Shown here piece after piece: positions 35,555 to 49,480 of a DNA stretch of 64,000 nt. The DNA is taken from the NCBI RefSeq assembly GCF_963921235.1, contig NC_086097.1:24740001-24804000 (forward strand), given 5' to 3'. The position numbers and the translations under genes are program-made. The notes beneath the pieces were generated by a model. The model ran no database searches. It saw nothing but the letters and a program-made list of their open reading frames with translations, and had not been told where the DNA came from. This DNA comes from Mobula hypostoma (lineage: Eukaryota). The stretch's first letter is position 1. Each line of letters starts with the position of its first letter.

Positions 35555-36477
35555 GAGGTGAATTAGTTTTCCCAGTAGTGACAGAAGAACCTTTAGACAC
35601 CCCTCCTCTTGGCACCCGTGCCCCTGTCATCACCCTCCTTCCTACCTTCCGCCCCCTTCTCACCATTATTGAAAGCACCAAAGATTCCCTGTCCATGATC
35701 CCTGAGGTTGGGTTGCCTTGCTTGCTGGACCAGGACACCGATGATTGTGATGCTGGCTTGGTGATATCGGGTTATGGCTCAGGGGAGGCGCTTGACTCTG
35801 ACCTACCCCCTACTGATGATGAAGATTTTCACACCACCTTGTCCTTGGTAACAGATAAGACCTTGTCCACATCGGCCTTCGAAGGTGGCTACAAAGCGCA
35901 CGCACCCAAGTGGGAATACAAGGACTTTAGAGCAAACAAACCGCCTGAATCTGGTAGGACAGCCACCACTGACTCTCCCCCTGAGCTGACCAGCTCTTCG
36001 GTCTCCACACCGCCCAGGAAGCTGCCCAAGTTGCCCGCGGGCAAGCTGAATACGCGTGAGCAGAAACCCCAGCCTGGCCTAGTGTTGTTTCCTTTGCCCA
36101 CCGGTTATGAAGTAGACAACACCAAGTTGAAGAGCCCCTTAGTCACCTCACCCATGTTCCGTAATGTGCCCACAGCAAACCCCACCGAGCCGGGAGTACG
36201 AAGGGGCCCCGGGGCGTCGGAAGTGGTGCGCGAGTCCAGCAGCACTACGGGGATGGTCGTGGGAATAGTGGCCGCAGCGGCACTGTGCATCCTCATCCTG
36301 CTCTACGCCATGTACAAGTACCGCAACCGGGACGAAGGCTCGTACCAGGTGGACGAGACGCGGAACTACATCAGCAACTCTGCACAGACCAACGGCACCG
36401 TGGTCAAGGAGAAGCAACAGGGTGCCAAAGGCGGCAGTAAGAAGCACAGAAACAAGGACAAAGAGTACTACGTGTAG
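35555..36477 (+). CDS. NRXN3: Neurexin-3 terminal coding exon (long stalk insert, transmembrane helix, cytoplasmic tail with PDZ-binding EYYV)
   Basis: [107 protein letters not shown] tail. Branch-like GCTAAC and pyrimidine tract precede TAG at 35552-54; stop TAG at 36475-77. Confidence 0.97.
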
Positions 36478-37115
36478 CGAGCGGGGTGGACAAGCTATCC
36501 CGAGAGAAAACAAAAAGCGAACCAGAACAGAGGAGACACAAATAACAGAGAGAGAGAGAGTGAGAGAGAGAGAGATGTAACACGGAGTGGTGCAATCCTG
36601 CAACTCGACATAGATTTTAAACACACACGAAAAAAATAACTCTTTTGGGGAACATTTGGGAAAAAAGACAATCTCCAAACAGCCTGATGGCTGAGAGATA
36701 TGTGATACGTACTGTGATATAATTATAACAGAGTGAAGCTGTTAAGTGCATTAGATAACGCGCGCGTATACAAACACACACACACACACACACACCCATA
36801 CGCGGCCACCATAATTTCCAGAAGCTTTGGATATTGTGGTCCAAGGGATTTCAAACTCTTCAAGACTCCACAGCTTTTTGTCGGTTTTGTACCCTGGATG
36901 CGACTGTTAAGACTTTGTGACATTTCGCATTTTTCTGGAGGTTATCTCATTTGTTGTGAAGGCTGTGCACTTGATTTTCTTTAAACCATCTTTTCTCTTT
37001 GCCGTGTGGAGCATGTGATTGCGACATAATGTACAGACCAAGTCAGTGTCCCGCTGAGCGTGGACCTTGGGAGAGACGGAGAGCTGAGGGAGGTGGGGCG
37101 GCTGGTCGGCTGGTC

Positions 37116-37900
<785 letters not shown>

Positions 37901-38990
37901 CGGTCAGCTTCTCTCTCTCTCGCTCCTCCACCTCCTCCTCCTCTCCCCTCCCCTCAGAGAACGGGAATTTGCCGTTTACCTTTGTACTGTTTCTACATCT
38001 CGGATCGTGGTGTCCACCTTATGATTTGCTGTCCGCAATAAAAAAAAACAATTGTATTAAGTATATGAACATTTAAACGAAAAATAACATAAAGACGAAC
38101 AAAGCTAAAGTGGAAACACCCACAGATCGGACAGGTCTTGAACTGAGGTGACCACCTTCTCGTTTATGAGCTGTTTATTGTACAACATATTACTCATAGA
38201 GTGTGGTAGGTAGTTATACAGCTGGCAAAATCCATGGCTGTGGTTCTGAGTTTCAGTAACTAACTGTGGTGCATGCACATTTTAAAAAAATAAAATTAAC
38301 CACATCATATACAATATGGTGTTCAATTTTGATGGGAACCAATTAATGGTAATTCATTGGCCAAACATTCCGTTAGAGGTATGATTTTATTTATTTTATT
38401 TTATTAGATGTGCTTTGTTCCTCTCTCTTGTTCACTGTTAAATTCTCCTTCTTCCACTCTACCTGTCCCTCTTTCCTTCTCTCACTCATAGTCCAACTTT
38501 AGTTTGTTCTAAATGTAATTGGGCAGGTGGGGGAAATGGGACAGTGAGGCAAACAATGTTTGTCCTTCAAGCTTCCCACAGATGTATGTTAACAAAATGC
38601 AGATGGTGTGAATTTCCAAATATCAAACTGCGTCAAGAGAGAAGAAACAAGTTGTTTACATAATATGATGGTATTATTATAAAGCTCGTGTGCTCAGCAC
38701 TGGTGTACCTTACTTTGTTCATTCTTTTTCTATTGGTATATTGTACACTGCCAGACTCTCTGCTAGTCTCTAACATTGCCTATCATCTGTACATAGCAAC
38801 CCCAGAACACACACACACACACACACACACACACATTTCTATTTGCAAAGCAAACCCATGTAATATAATTTAGGCTTAAAGAGTTAGTTTTTTTTTTCTC
38901 TTGGTGTCTGTTTCTACAAGGTTACACACACTGAAGTTGGAAAACAAGTTATCCTTAATCCATGTGAGCTATGAGTTTTTTTTATATACA

Positions 38991-39516
38991 TAAATTCAGT
39001 CGCCTCTTTACTGGGTACACCTGTACACCTGTCCATTAATGCAAATATCTAATTAGCCAATCATGTGGCACCAACTCAATGGATAAAAGCATGAAGACAT
39101 GGTCAAGAGGTGCAGTTGTTGTTTGGACTAAATATCAGAATGGGCAAGAAATGCGATCTAAGTGACTTTGACCATGGAATGATTATTGGTGCCAAACAGG
39201 GTGGTTTGGGTATCTCGGAAGCTGTTGATTTCCTGGCATTTTGACGCACAACAGTCTCTGGAGTTTACAGAGAGTGGTGCAAAAAACAAACAAAAAAAAT
39301 CCAGTGAGCGGCAGTTCTATGGGTGAAATGCCTAGTTAATAAGAGAGGTTGGAGGAGAATGGCCGGACAGGAAAGCAAACTACACATTACAACAGTGGTG
39401 TGCAGAAGAGCATCTGTGAGTACACAAAACATTGAACCTTGAAGTGGATGGGCTGTAGCAGCAAAAGACCATACTGGGTTCCGTGCCTGTACCTAATAAA
39501 GTGGCCACTGAGTGGA
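38991..39516 (+). mobile_element. Internally deleted Tc1/mariner element within the probable 3' UTR
   Basis: Right TIR CCTAATAAAGTGGCCACTGAGTG and a decayed left TIR; from ATG 39140 it reads MGKKCDLSDFDHGMIIGAKQGGLGISEAVDFLAF*RTTVSGVYREW (Tc1 transposase N-terminal HTH). Confidence 0.88.
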
Positions 39517-40238
39517 TATATAACGTGACTGTTGTTTGATTACAAGTTAAGGTGAGCCAATGCTGCAGACTTCAAGTCACAACAATTGACGCTGAGTGGA
39601 TAAAACTGGAACACACAAGAAGTTTGCTCTCTCACTGTCTGCTCTTAAGGGTTATCCTGTGGATTCACTTAATGCTCATTTTTTTAAACTATGAACTATA
39701 AAGACGTGGAAACACTGTGGAGACTGTATCTTGGCTTTATATCATATTTTATAATTTTGTTCGGCATCAATGTGAAGGTTTGATTGGGTTCTTTTAAGTT
39801 GATGCAGTGTTAATTCATCCATCCCTCCATTTTCAATTTTTTTGCTGCATTTCAGTTCTATTAAAGATGTGCTTGGCAATAAAACGTTCTTCCCAAAGTT
39901 GATGAATATTGATCTACCTTTACATTTGGTGTCAGAAGCAATTTTTCAACATTCTGCACATCCTCTGAATAAACATTCCCAATCAAGCATTCTCCTTATT
40001 TGAACTTCAGAAGCTATTTTACTCACCTGCACTTTTCCCAACCTTTTTGACAAGATCACAGTATACTACTATCGTGAACTAGGGGATGGGATTGACAGGA
40101 CAGGCGAGTTCAAGGACTTGATAATGATACTGTCCTAGTAGGCCAACCTGCCAGGATTGGCTATAATCCTGGAAGTCTTCTAGAAGTAAAGGCCATTCTT
40201 CTCTGAAACTGGCAGCAACAGAGGTAATAGAAATACAG

Positions 40239-40922
40239 GCAACACACATGAAATGCTGCAGGCAGCATCTATGGAGGGGAATAAATAGTCAACACTTCAA
40301 GCTGAGACCACTCATCAGGACTGGAAAAGAAGGGGGCAAAAGCCAGAATAAGGAAATGGGAGGAGGGGAAGAAATACAAGATGGCAGGTGATAGGTGAGA
40401 CCAAGTAAGGAAGATGTGTGAGATTGAATTGTGTTGGCCAATATTGGCAATAACATCTCTGAGAGTCTACATTTATCTCTCTGTTCTACATCTGCAGACA
40501 TTATACAGAGTGTAACTATGGGCAAACATACAATTCGCATTAGAATATTAACATAAACACAAGAGATTTTGCAGATCCCTAGTAACACACACAAAATGCT
40601 TGAGGAACTCAGCAGCTCTGGCAGTATCTATGGAGAGGAATAAACAGTTGCCATTTTGGGCCAAGACCCTTCACCAGAACTGGAAAGAAGGGGAAAGAAG
40701 CTGGAATAAGAAGGTGGGGGGATGGGAAGAGGTTGGCAGGGGATAGGTGAGGAGGAAGGTGGCTGGGTGGGAGAGAGGGAATGAAGTGAGAAGTTTTGAG
40801 GGGATAGATAGATGAGGTAAAGGGCTGAAGAAGAAGGAATCTGACTGGAGGCGGTAGTGGACCAGGGAAAAAAGAGAAGGAGGAGGGGTATGAGAGGGAG
40901 GTGATGGGCAGGTGAGGAGAAG
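40239..40922 (-). mobile_element. Two decayed Penelope 3'-terminal fragments (40239-40420 and 40551-40922)
   Basis: CAACACAC..AAATGCT..GGCAGCATCTATGGA.. plus degenerate hammerhead motifs and a purine-rich region. Confidence 0.75.
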
Positions 40923-41114
40923 AAAACATAGAACAGTACAGCACAGGAACAGGCCCTTCAGCCCACAATGTTGTGCTGAACCAATTAAATTAGTAATCAA
41001 ATGACCAACTAAACTAATCCTTTATCCCTACACAAAGATCATATCCTTCCACTTCCCTCACATTTATGTGTCTATCTAAACATCTCTGAATAATGCCTGA
41101 GGTGTGTTGAACAA

Positions 41115-44100
41115 CAAAGCCTCAGCATTACGTCCTTGCTTTTATATTTTAGTCATCTTGAAATGAATGATAAATTTGCATTTGTCTTCCTTACCACTGA
41201 CTCAACCTCCAAGTTAACCTTTAAGGAATCCTGTACGAGGACTCCCAAGTCCCTTTGCATCTCTGATTTTTGAATTTTCTCCCTGTTTAGAAAATAGTCC
41301 ACCTCTTTATTCCATGACCAAAACTTCCCTACATTCCCTCTGCCACTCCTTTGCCCATTCTCCCAATCTGTCAAAGTCCTTCCGCAGACTCCAACACTAC
41401 CTGCTCCTCCGCCTATCTTCGTATTGTCCACAAAACTGACCACAAAGCCATCAAGTCCATCATCCAAATCATTGCCATATAACGTGAAAAGAAGCGGTCC
41501 CAACATCAACCCCTGTGAGGCACCACTAAGTCCTGGCAGCCAACCATGAAAAGTCCCTTTATTCCCATTCTTAGTCTCCTGTCAGTCTGCTAAAATTCTA
41601 TCCATGCCAGTATCTTTACTGTAATACCATGGGTTCTTACCATGAGCAGCCTCGTGTTTGGCGCTTTGTCAAAGGCCTTTCGAAAGTCCAGATAAACATC
41701 CACTGACTCTCCTTTGTCTATCTTGCCTGTTATTTCCTCAAAGAATTCCAAAAGATTTGTCAGGCAAGATTTCCCTTTAAGAATACCATGCTGACTTTGG
41801 CTTATTTTATAATGTGCCTTCATGTACCACAAAACCTCATCCTTAATAATAATTAATAACTCCAACATCTTCCCACCCAGTAAAGTCAGGCTAATTAGGC
41901 TATAATTTCCTTTCTTCTGTCTCCCTCCCTTCTTAAAAAGTGGAGTGACATTATCCATTTTCCAGTCCTCTGTAACTTTGGCACCCTCTGGAATCACTAG
42001 ATTCTGGAGTGGTTCTAGAGGGTGCCATAGTGGCTTAGAGGTTAGTGTGACACTATGACAGCTCAGGGCTGTTCTGGAGTTCAGAGTTCAATTCCGGCAC
42101 CATTCTGTAAGGAGTCTCCGTATGTCCCACACCTGGAATGTGTGGGTTTTCTTTACATCCTCTGGTTTCCTTACATTACCGGGTAGGTTAATTGGTTATT
42201 GTAAATTGTCCTGTGATTAGGTTGGTGTTTATCAGGGGTAGCTAGGGTGGCGTGGCTCAAAGGACCAGAAAGGCCTACCCCCTCGCTGTATCACTAAATA
42301 AATATAAATAAGTAAATATGCTTCCACAATCTCTTCAGCTACCTCTTTCAGAACCATGGGGTGTAGTCCATCTGGTCCAATTGATATATCTAACTTCAGA
42401 TCCTTTCCTTTCCCAAGCACCTACACTTATTTCTGCTGCCTAACATTCTCGGATTCCAGGCACACTGCCAATGTCTTCCACAGTGAAAACTGATGCATAA
42501 TACTAATTAAGCTCATGCATCATTTCTTTGTTCCCCCATTACTACCTCTCCAGCATCTTTTCCAGCCGTCTAAATCCACTCTTGCCTCTCTTTTACTCTT
42601 TACAAATCTGAAAAAAAAACTTTTGGTGTCCTCTTTTCTAATATTGGCTAGCTTACCTACATGTTTCATTGTTTCCCTCCTTATAGCTTTTTTAGTTGCC
42701 CTATTGGATTTTAAAGCTTCCAAATCCTCCAACATCCCACTGATTTTTGCTGTATTCTATGTTTTCTCTTTTGTGTTTATGCTCCGTTTGACTTCCCTTG
42801 TCAGCCACAGTTGCATTATCCTCTCTTTAATATACTTCTTCATCTTTGGGATATATCGATCCTGTTCCTTCTGAATTGCTCCCAGAACCTCCAGCCATCA
42901 TCCCTGCTACAGTCCCCATCCAATCAATTTTGTCAGCACTTCTCTCATTCTTCTGTAATTCCCTTTAATCCACTGCAATACTGACATATTTGACTTTATC
43001 TTCTCCCTCAGAGAGGGTGAATTCTATCATATTATGATCACTATTTCCTCAGGGTTCCTTTACCACAAGCGCCCTAATCAAATCTGGTTCAAAGTTCAAA
43101 AAGTACATTTCTTATCAAACAACATATATGTCAGCATATAGAACCCTAACATTCTTTTTCTCATGGGCATACTCAATAAATCCATAATGGAATAATAATC
43201 ATAATAAAATCAATGAAGGACCACACCAATTTGGCATTCAACCAGTGTGCAAAAGACAACAAACTGTGCAAATATATAAAAAAACAATAAATATTGAGAA
43301 AATGAGATGAGGAGTCCTTGAAAGTGAGTTCATAGGCTATGGGAACATTTCAGTGATGGGGCAAGTGAAGTTGAATGAAATTATCCCCTTTTTGAAAGAG
43401 CCTGATGGTTGAGGGATAATAACTGTTCCTGAACCTGGTTGGGTAAGTCTTTAGGCAGCTTTACCTTCTCCCTGATGGCAAGACAACATGATCTGGGTGG
43501 AGCAACATACATAAAAAATGCTGGTGAACACAGCAGGCCAGGCAGCATCTATAGGAACAGGTACAGTTGATGTTTCAGGCCGAGACCCTTCATCAGGACT
43601 AGCTGAAAGAAGAGATAGTAAGAGATTTGAAAGTGGGAGAGAGGGGGAGATCTGAAATGATAGGAGAAGACAGGAGGGGGAGGGATGGAGCTAAGAGCTG
43701 GAAAGTTGATTGGTAAAAGGGATACGAGGCTGGAGAAGGGAGAGGATCACGGGATGTGATCTGGGTGGTGTGGGTCCCTGATGATGTTTGCTGCATTCTT
43801 GCAACAACACTTCATGTAGATGTGCTCAATAGTGGGGAGGGTTTTACCCGTGATGGACTGGGCAGTATCAACTAATTTTAGTAGGATTTTCCTGCAAAAT
43901 ATTGCACAACACTCAATCCAAAATTGCCTTTCATCTGGTAGGCTCAACCACAAGCTGCTCTAAAAAAGCCATCCTGTAGGCATTCTACAAATTCCCTCTC
44001 TTGGGATCCAACACCAGCTTGATTTCCCCAATCTACCTGCATATTGAAATTCCCCATGACTATTTCCCCATTTCTCTTTTGACATGCCTTTTCCAACCCC

Positions 44101-44630
44101 CATAATTTATATCCCACATCCTGGCTACTATTTGGAGGCCTGCATATAATTCCCATCAGGGTCTTTTCATCTTTGCTGTTTCTTAACTCCACCCACAAGG
44201 ATTCTACATCTTCTAATCCTATGTCACCTCTTTCTAAGGATTTGATTTCATTTCTTTAACGAGGTCCTCCATTGCCTCTGCCTACCTGCCTGTCCTTTCA
44301 ATACAATGCGTATCCTTGAATGCTAAGCTTCCAGTTGTGATCTTCTTTCGACCACAACTCAGTGATGCCCACAATGTCATACTTACTGATCACTAACTGT
44401 GCTAAAAGATCATTTACTTTATTCCATATACTACATGCATTTAAATATAACACTGTTCAGTCCCATATTCATCATCCTTTTCAACTTTCCCCCATGTTAC
44501 ACTTCTACTCATCCCACTGGCTGTAATTTTTCCCTTTCACCTGCCTGTCCTTCCTCATAGCCTCACCTCCCACTGCATCTACTTGTATACAAACTGCCCC
44601 ATCCTCATCCCTATCAGTCCAGTTCCCATC
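41115..44630 (-). mobile_element. Decayed CR1 ORF2 with nested SINE (42020-42318) and Rex-like fragment (43091-43900)
   Basis: QHGILKGKSCLTNLLEFFEE, YLDFRKAFDK and WVELRNSK..CRPPNS..MGNFN. Confidence 0.85.
43501..43756 (-). mobile_element. Penelope 3'-terminal fragment with 12-bp TSD and near-intact hammerhead (43564-43601)
   Basis: TSD TGATCTGGGTGG at 43489-43500 and 43757-43768; minus strand UAGUC-CUGAUGA-..-GAAA-C-AUC-AACUG. Confidence 0.88.
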
Positions 44631-46090
44631 TGCCTGCCAAGTTATAAACAACAAGTTTGTCCAACTTCTCATTATAGCACATGAATTTTAATCCAGGGAG
44701 CATCCTAGTAAACCTGTTCTGCACCCTGTCCAAAGCCGTGACATCCACTATAATGGAGCAACCGGAACTGTATGCAATACTCCAGAAGCGGCCTAACTGG
44801 AGTTTTATAAAGCTGCAACATAACTTCCTGACTTTTGAACTCAATTGTGATGAAGAGTTAGTCTTAGGAATTTATTCTGCCCTTCACTAAGGTCATAGAT
44901 GATTGGATGTTGGCTTCAGTTCAGTTTGCTGCCATAATATATCATTGTCTCAATATCCAAATTTCATCTGGGGGCAACAGATGAGATGTTACAACATCTA
45001 ATGAAAAGCAAATGCAGGAATAAAATGACTGTTAAAACGTCAAGCAAAAGTGAGCCATGATTGGTTAGCTGTTTGGTTGCTAATTCAGCTTGGACCATTT
45101 GGTGCAGACACTGCAAGGTAGACTCTTGCTGCCCCTCCCATTGACCTCACCTTCCCACAGCCAATCAGGAAGTAAAACAGTAACTTTGTTATTTGATTGG
45201 TTGGTTCTCAATTGCCATTACTCCACCTCAGCTGACATTTCTGAGCAATAAGAAATTGTTGCTCATCTGTTGTCATTTAAAGTTAAATTGGATAGCTATA
45301 CAGACAGGAAAGGAATGGAGGGTTATGGGCTGAGTGCAGGTCAGTGGGACTAGGTGAGAGTAAGAGTTTGGCACGGACTAGAAGGGCTGAGATGGCCTGT
45401 TTCTGTGCTGTAATTGTTATATGGTTATAAATAGGAGTGTTCTAAAAAGGGATAGAGAATTTTGAAACTAGAAGGCATAATTTTAAGGTGAGAGAAGAAG
45501 AAAAAATTAAAAGGGACCTCAGGGGCAAATTTATCAACAGGGGATGGTGGATATATAGAACAAGCTACCAGAGGAAGTGGTCAAGGAAGGTACACTTACA
45601 AAATTTAAAAGACTTTTCGGTATGTACTGTATATGGAAAGGAAAGATCTGGAGTATATGGGACAAATGCAGGAAAATGGGATTAGCTCAGGTCAGCAACA
45701 TGGCTGGCAGAGATGAGCTGGGTGAAGGGCCTGTTTCAATGGTGTGCACCCTAAAGAGGTTACTTCCCTCTGTTGTGTCCCTCAGGGCCAGGAATGTCCA
45801 GGAGACTTCCAAACCATGGAAGTATTCATAGGTTGGTTCACTGTCCCTTCTGAAAGCTGATAGCAGAAGGGAAGAAGCTGTTCCAAAGACACGGAGTGCT
45901 CCTGTATCTCCTCCCTGAGAGCAGCAATGAGTGGAGGGAATGTCCTGGGTAACAGTGGTCCTTAGTGAAGGATACCGCCTTTTTGAGGCAACGCCTTTTG
46001 AAGTTGCACTCTGATTGGCCCAAAGCTACTTCTTACCACAGGTACAGCAGGAGGCCATTCCATTCCTCAGCCTGTTAAGATGAAGGCTGA

Positions 46091-46228
46091 GGAGTCCTGA
46101 TGAAGGGTCTTGGCCCAAAACGTCAACTTTTTATCCCTTTCCATAGATGCTGCCTGACCTGCTGAGTTCCTCCAGCATTTTGTGTGTGCTGCTTTGGATG
46201 TACAGCACAGCAGAATCCCTCTTTTGTT
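46091..46228 (+). mobile_element. Short hammerhead-headed Penelope-derived insertion (core mutated GAAA>AAAA)
   Basis: AGTC-CTGATGA-AGGGTCTTGGCCC-AAAA-CGTC; imperfect 15-bp flanking repeat TAAGATGAAGGCTGA / TAAAATTAAGGCTGA. Confidence 0.75.
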
Positions 46229-46962
46229 TAAAATTAAGGCTGATCCATATTTTAGTAGACTCCATCTGCTAAGTGTGTTTCTGTTAGCCCACAAACACTT
46301 CACCTTATAAACACCTCTCAGCGCAAAAGTGAAAGGCAAAACTGAATGACAGGAATACCAATCAGTATCCATGAAAAGGATTTGATCAAGATTAATGACC
46401 CACTGGCTACAGTATCTCCAAAGACCTTTGATTTCCAGCATCTGTGGAATTTTGCTTTTGAAAATGTCATTATTGACTTCCATTACCTCCCCAATCTACC
46501 AAAACCTCCGAGTCCCACTCCCACTCTACAGTATCTGTCCTCTGCTGTCTCCACTGTCACAGGAAGACCAAGCACAAACTAGAAGAACAAACATCTTGTG
46601 TTCTGCTTCAGCAAGCAAGCAGAATTGAAGGATATCCCTTTAGAGTTGAGATAAGGAGGAATTTCTTTAGCCAGAAGGTGGTGAATCTGTAGAATTTATT
46701 ACCACAGATGGCTGCGGAAGCCATGTATATTTGGGTACATTTAGAACAGAAAGTCATAGGTTCTTGATCAGTAAGGATGTCAAAGGTTATGGGGAGAAGG
46801 CAGGAGAATGGGTTGAGAGGAATAAAAACTATCCATGATGCTGTGGTGGAGCACCAAATGGCCTAATTCAGCTCCAATGTCTTACAGTGTTATGGTCCAC
46901 AGCCCAATGCTAGGATCACTAAATTTTCCAACTTCATGTGACCCACACCTCCGGTGTCCTAA

Positions 46963-47585
46963 GTACAAGATGCTGGAAATCCAGAGTAACACACACAAAA
47001 TGCTAGAGGAACTCAACACATCAGGCAGCATCTGTGGAACAGAATACAGAGTTGAAGTTTTAGACCAAGACCCTTCAACAGGATCCTCCTGTGTTCTTTA
47101 ACCAATCCCACCATCCTGTGTTCTTTATCCAATCCCACCAGCCTACCAGGGATCTTTCCTTCTTTGTTCATCTTTTCCAACCCCCTTCCATCCTTACTGC
47201 CTTGCTTCATCACACTTCCCCACTTGGTTCCATCCATCTACCCACCTACTGGATCTTTCTGTTGGTTCACCTTCACCACCTCCTTGTCAACCTGGCTCCA
47301 GCTGTCCATCATCTCTCCCTTCCACCTATCACCTACCAGCCCCTATCTTAAGACTCCACCCCCACCCCTCCCTCCCAAACTGCCTTCTTCTGCACTTCAG
47401 TTGGTTCTACTTTCCAGCCACTGCCTTACTCCATCTCTCACTCTGTATACCTTTCTTCTCTCTTCGCTCAGCCCTAATGCAGGGTCTTGACCTGAAATGT
47501 TCGCTGCCTCCACGGATGACACCTGATCTGCTGAGTCTTTCCAGCAGTTTCATTTTTTTGACTCTGGATTCTTGCATCTGTGGTC
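46963..47585. mobile_element. Old inverted pair of Penelope terminal fragments
   Basis: 46963-47090 is in minus orientation and ~47200-47585 in plus orientation; both carry degenerate hammerhead motifs. Confidence 0.6.
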
Positions 47586-48399
47586 TCCATTCTGCCACAA
47601 CCTCCACTGCTTCCACTCCTTCCTGAGGAAGCCAATTCTAGATTTCCAGAACTTCCTGTGTTAACGTATGCTCTGATACCATTGGTTCCAACGTTGTTCT
47701 GTTTCATTATTCTACAGATTCATACTTAGATTCCATATTTATTTATCATATTTATATTTATTTGTACATATAATGTACATTTCACATATGGAGTGAAATG
47801 TGTTGTTTGCATTTTATAACCAGCACACTCAAAGATGTACACTATATCAAAGTATGTATACTATATACAGCTTTGAGATTTGTTTCCTTACAGACAGCTA
47901 CAAAACAAAGAAACCCAATAGAATTGATTAAGAAAAAGATTGTCAAAGACCCAATGTGCAGAGAAAAACCCAGATCATGCAAACAAGTAACTTTCAAATC
48001 TGAGGTTTACGAGAATGACTTCACAACCACAGAGCCAGTCACAGCTGATCCAGAATCTGCTGGTGGAAGCCCACAAGTGTCACTGTACATTCCATCGCCA
48101 ACACAGCATGCCCAACATTCCCCTTCAGAGAAACACAAGAAGCAACAATAACCACACAAGAGCAAATCAAGCCCCTTTCCCATCCCTCCAAACCTCCCAC
48201 ACACCTTCCTCCTTATACGTACACAGACAAGCCTCCAACCCCAGGGCCTCCTGTCATGGCGTCAGAATTTCCGACTCACAGACATCGGGCTTCCAACGGG
48301 ACTTGACTCCAGGACACATCAGTCAAGGGTTTGGCCCTCGGGCCTTGAGTGCTGGGATTGCTTGGAACTTCAACCCCGATGAGGTGACTTGAGAAATAA

Positions 48400-48870
48400 A
48401 AACTCTTATTTTTATATTACAGAAGTTTATTGAAATCATTACGATATTACTATTATACATTTTACAGGATTTCAAAAAACACACATGGTACACAGTTTCA
48501 AATTTAAATATGGTTATCACTATACACAACACACTCAATCCCCTGAGGTGCCCACTGGTCCTGGAAATCCCTGACTGTACCCATGGACATTGCATGCTCC
48601 TTCTTGATGGACTCCCAGGCATGGACGTAACACCAGAAGAAGGACAGACATTTGGCTTGGGCTCAACTCCCCACCACCTGGACCTGTGACTGGCCACCAC
48701 GGCAATATCCAGTAGAAACCTGGCCCACTCTCTCCACACTGGGAAACCACAGAACAGGAGCCCAGACAGAAGTGCAGCTAGAACTTGAGGAGCAGTCCTT
48801 CTGGATATTCAAATAGAGGCTGTAACCTCCTGCGCTCAATCTACATGTGGTGGACTGTCTCCTCCCAATA
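48400..48870 (-). mobile_element. Tx1/L1-clade LINE 3' fragment
   Basis: Minus-strand remnants CRRLQPLFEYPEGLLLKF*LHF and EHAMSMGTVRDFQDQWAPQGIEC resemble recalled fish Tx1 ORF2 C-termini; AATAAA follows on the minus strand. Confidence 0.6.
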
Positions 48871-49480
48871 TTTTTTTCTTTATCCTCAATATCAAATGTT
48901 GGACGATACAGTAGCGTAGCAGTTAATGTAATTGGGGTTAAATTCCTGATCCTGTCTGTAAGGAATTTGTACGTTTTCTCCATGACTGGTACTCACATTC
49001 CAAAGATGTACAGGTTAGAATCGGTAAACTGTGGCGATGGAAGCGTGACAACGCTCGTGGGCTGCCCCTTTTCCATTCTTCAACTGTGTTGGTCATTGAC
49101 ACAAATTCAGCATTTCATTATGAGTTTCGATGTACATGTGCCAAATAAAGCTAATCTTAAAAATCTTAATCATCTAACCTGAGATATTATATCTCAAATC
49201 CTTTAATATTTTGGTGTCAAAGATAACTGGAGGATTTGACATTGTAGTTAAAGAAAATTTGAGACAGCACCTTACAAATGCAAAATACCTACCAGCTAGA
49301 AGAATAAGAGCAACAAAAGCACAGGGAACTCCACCATCAGGAATCTTTTCCAAGCCACACACTGTTCTGACTTGGGAGTATATCGTTGCTCCTTCACCAT
49401 CTCTGGATCAAAGTCCTGGAACTCGCTCTCTAACACCATTGTGGGTGAGCACCTACCTCAAGAGCTGCAGCAGTCTAAAA

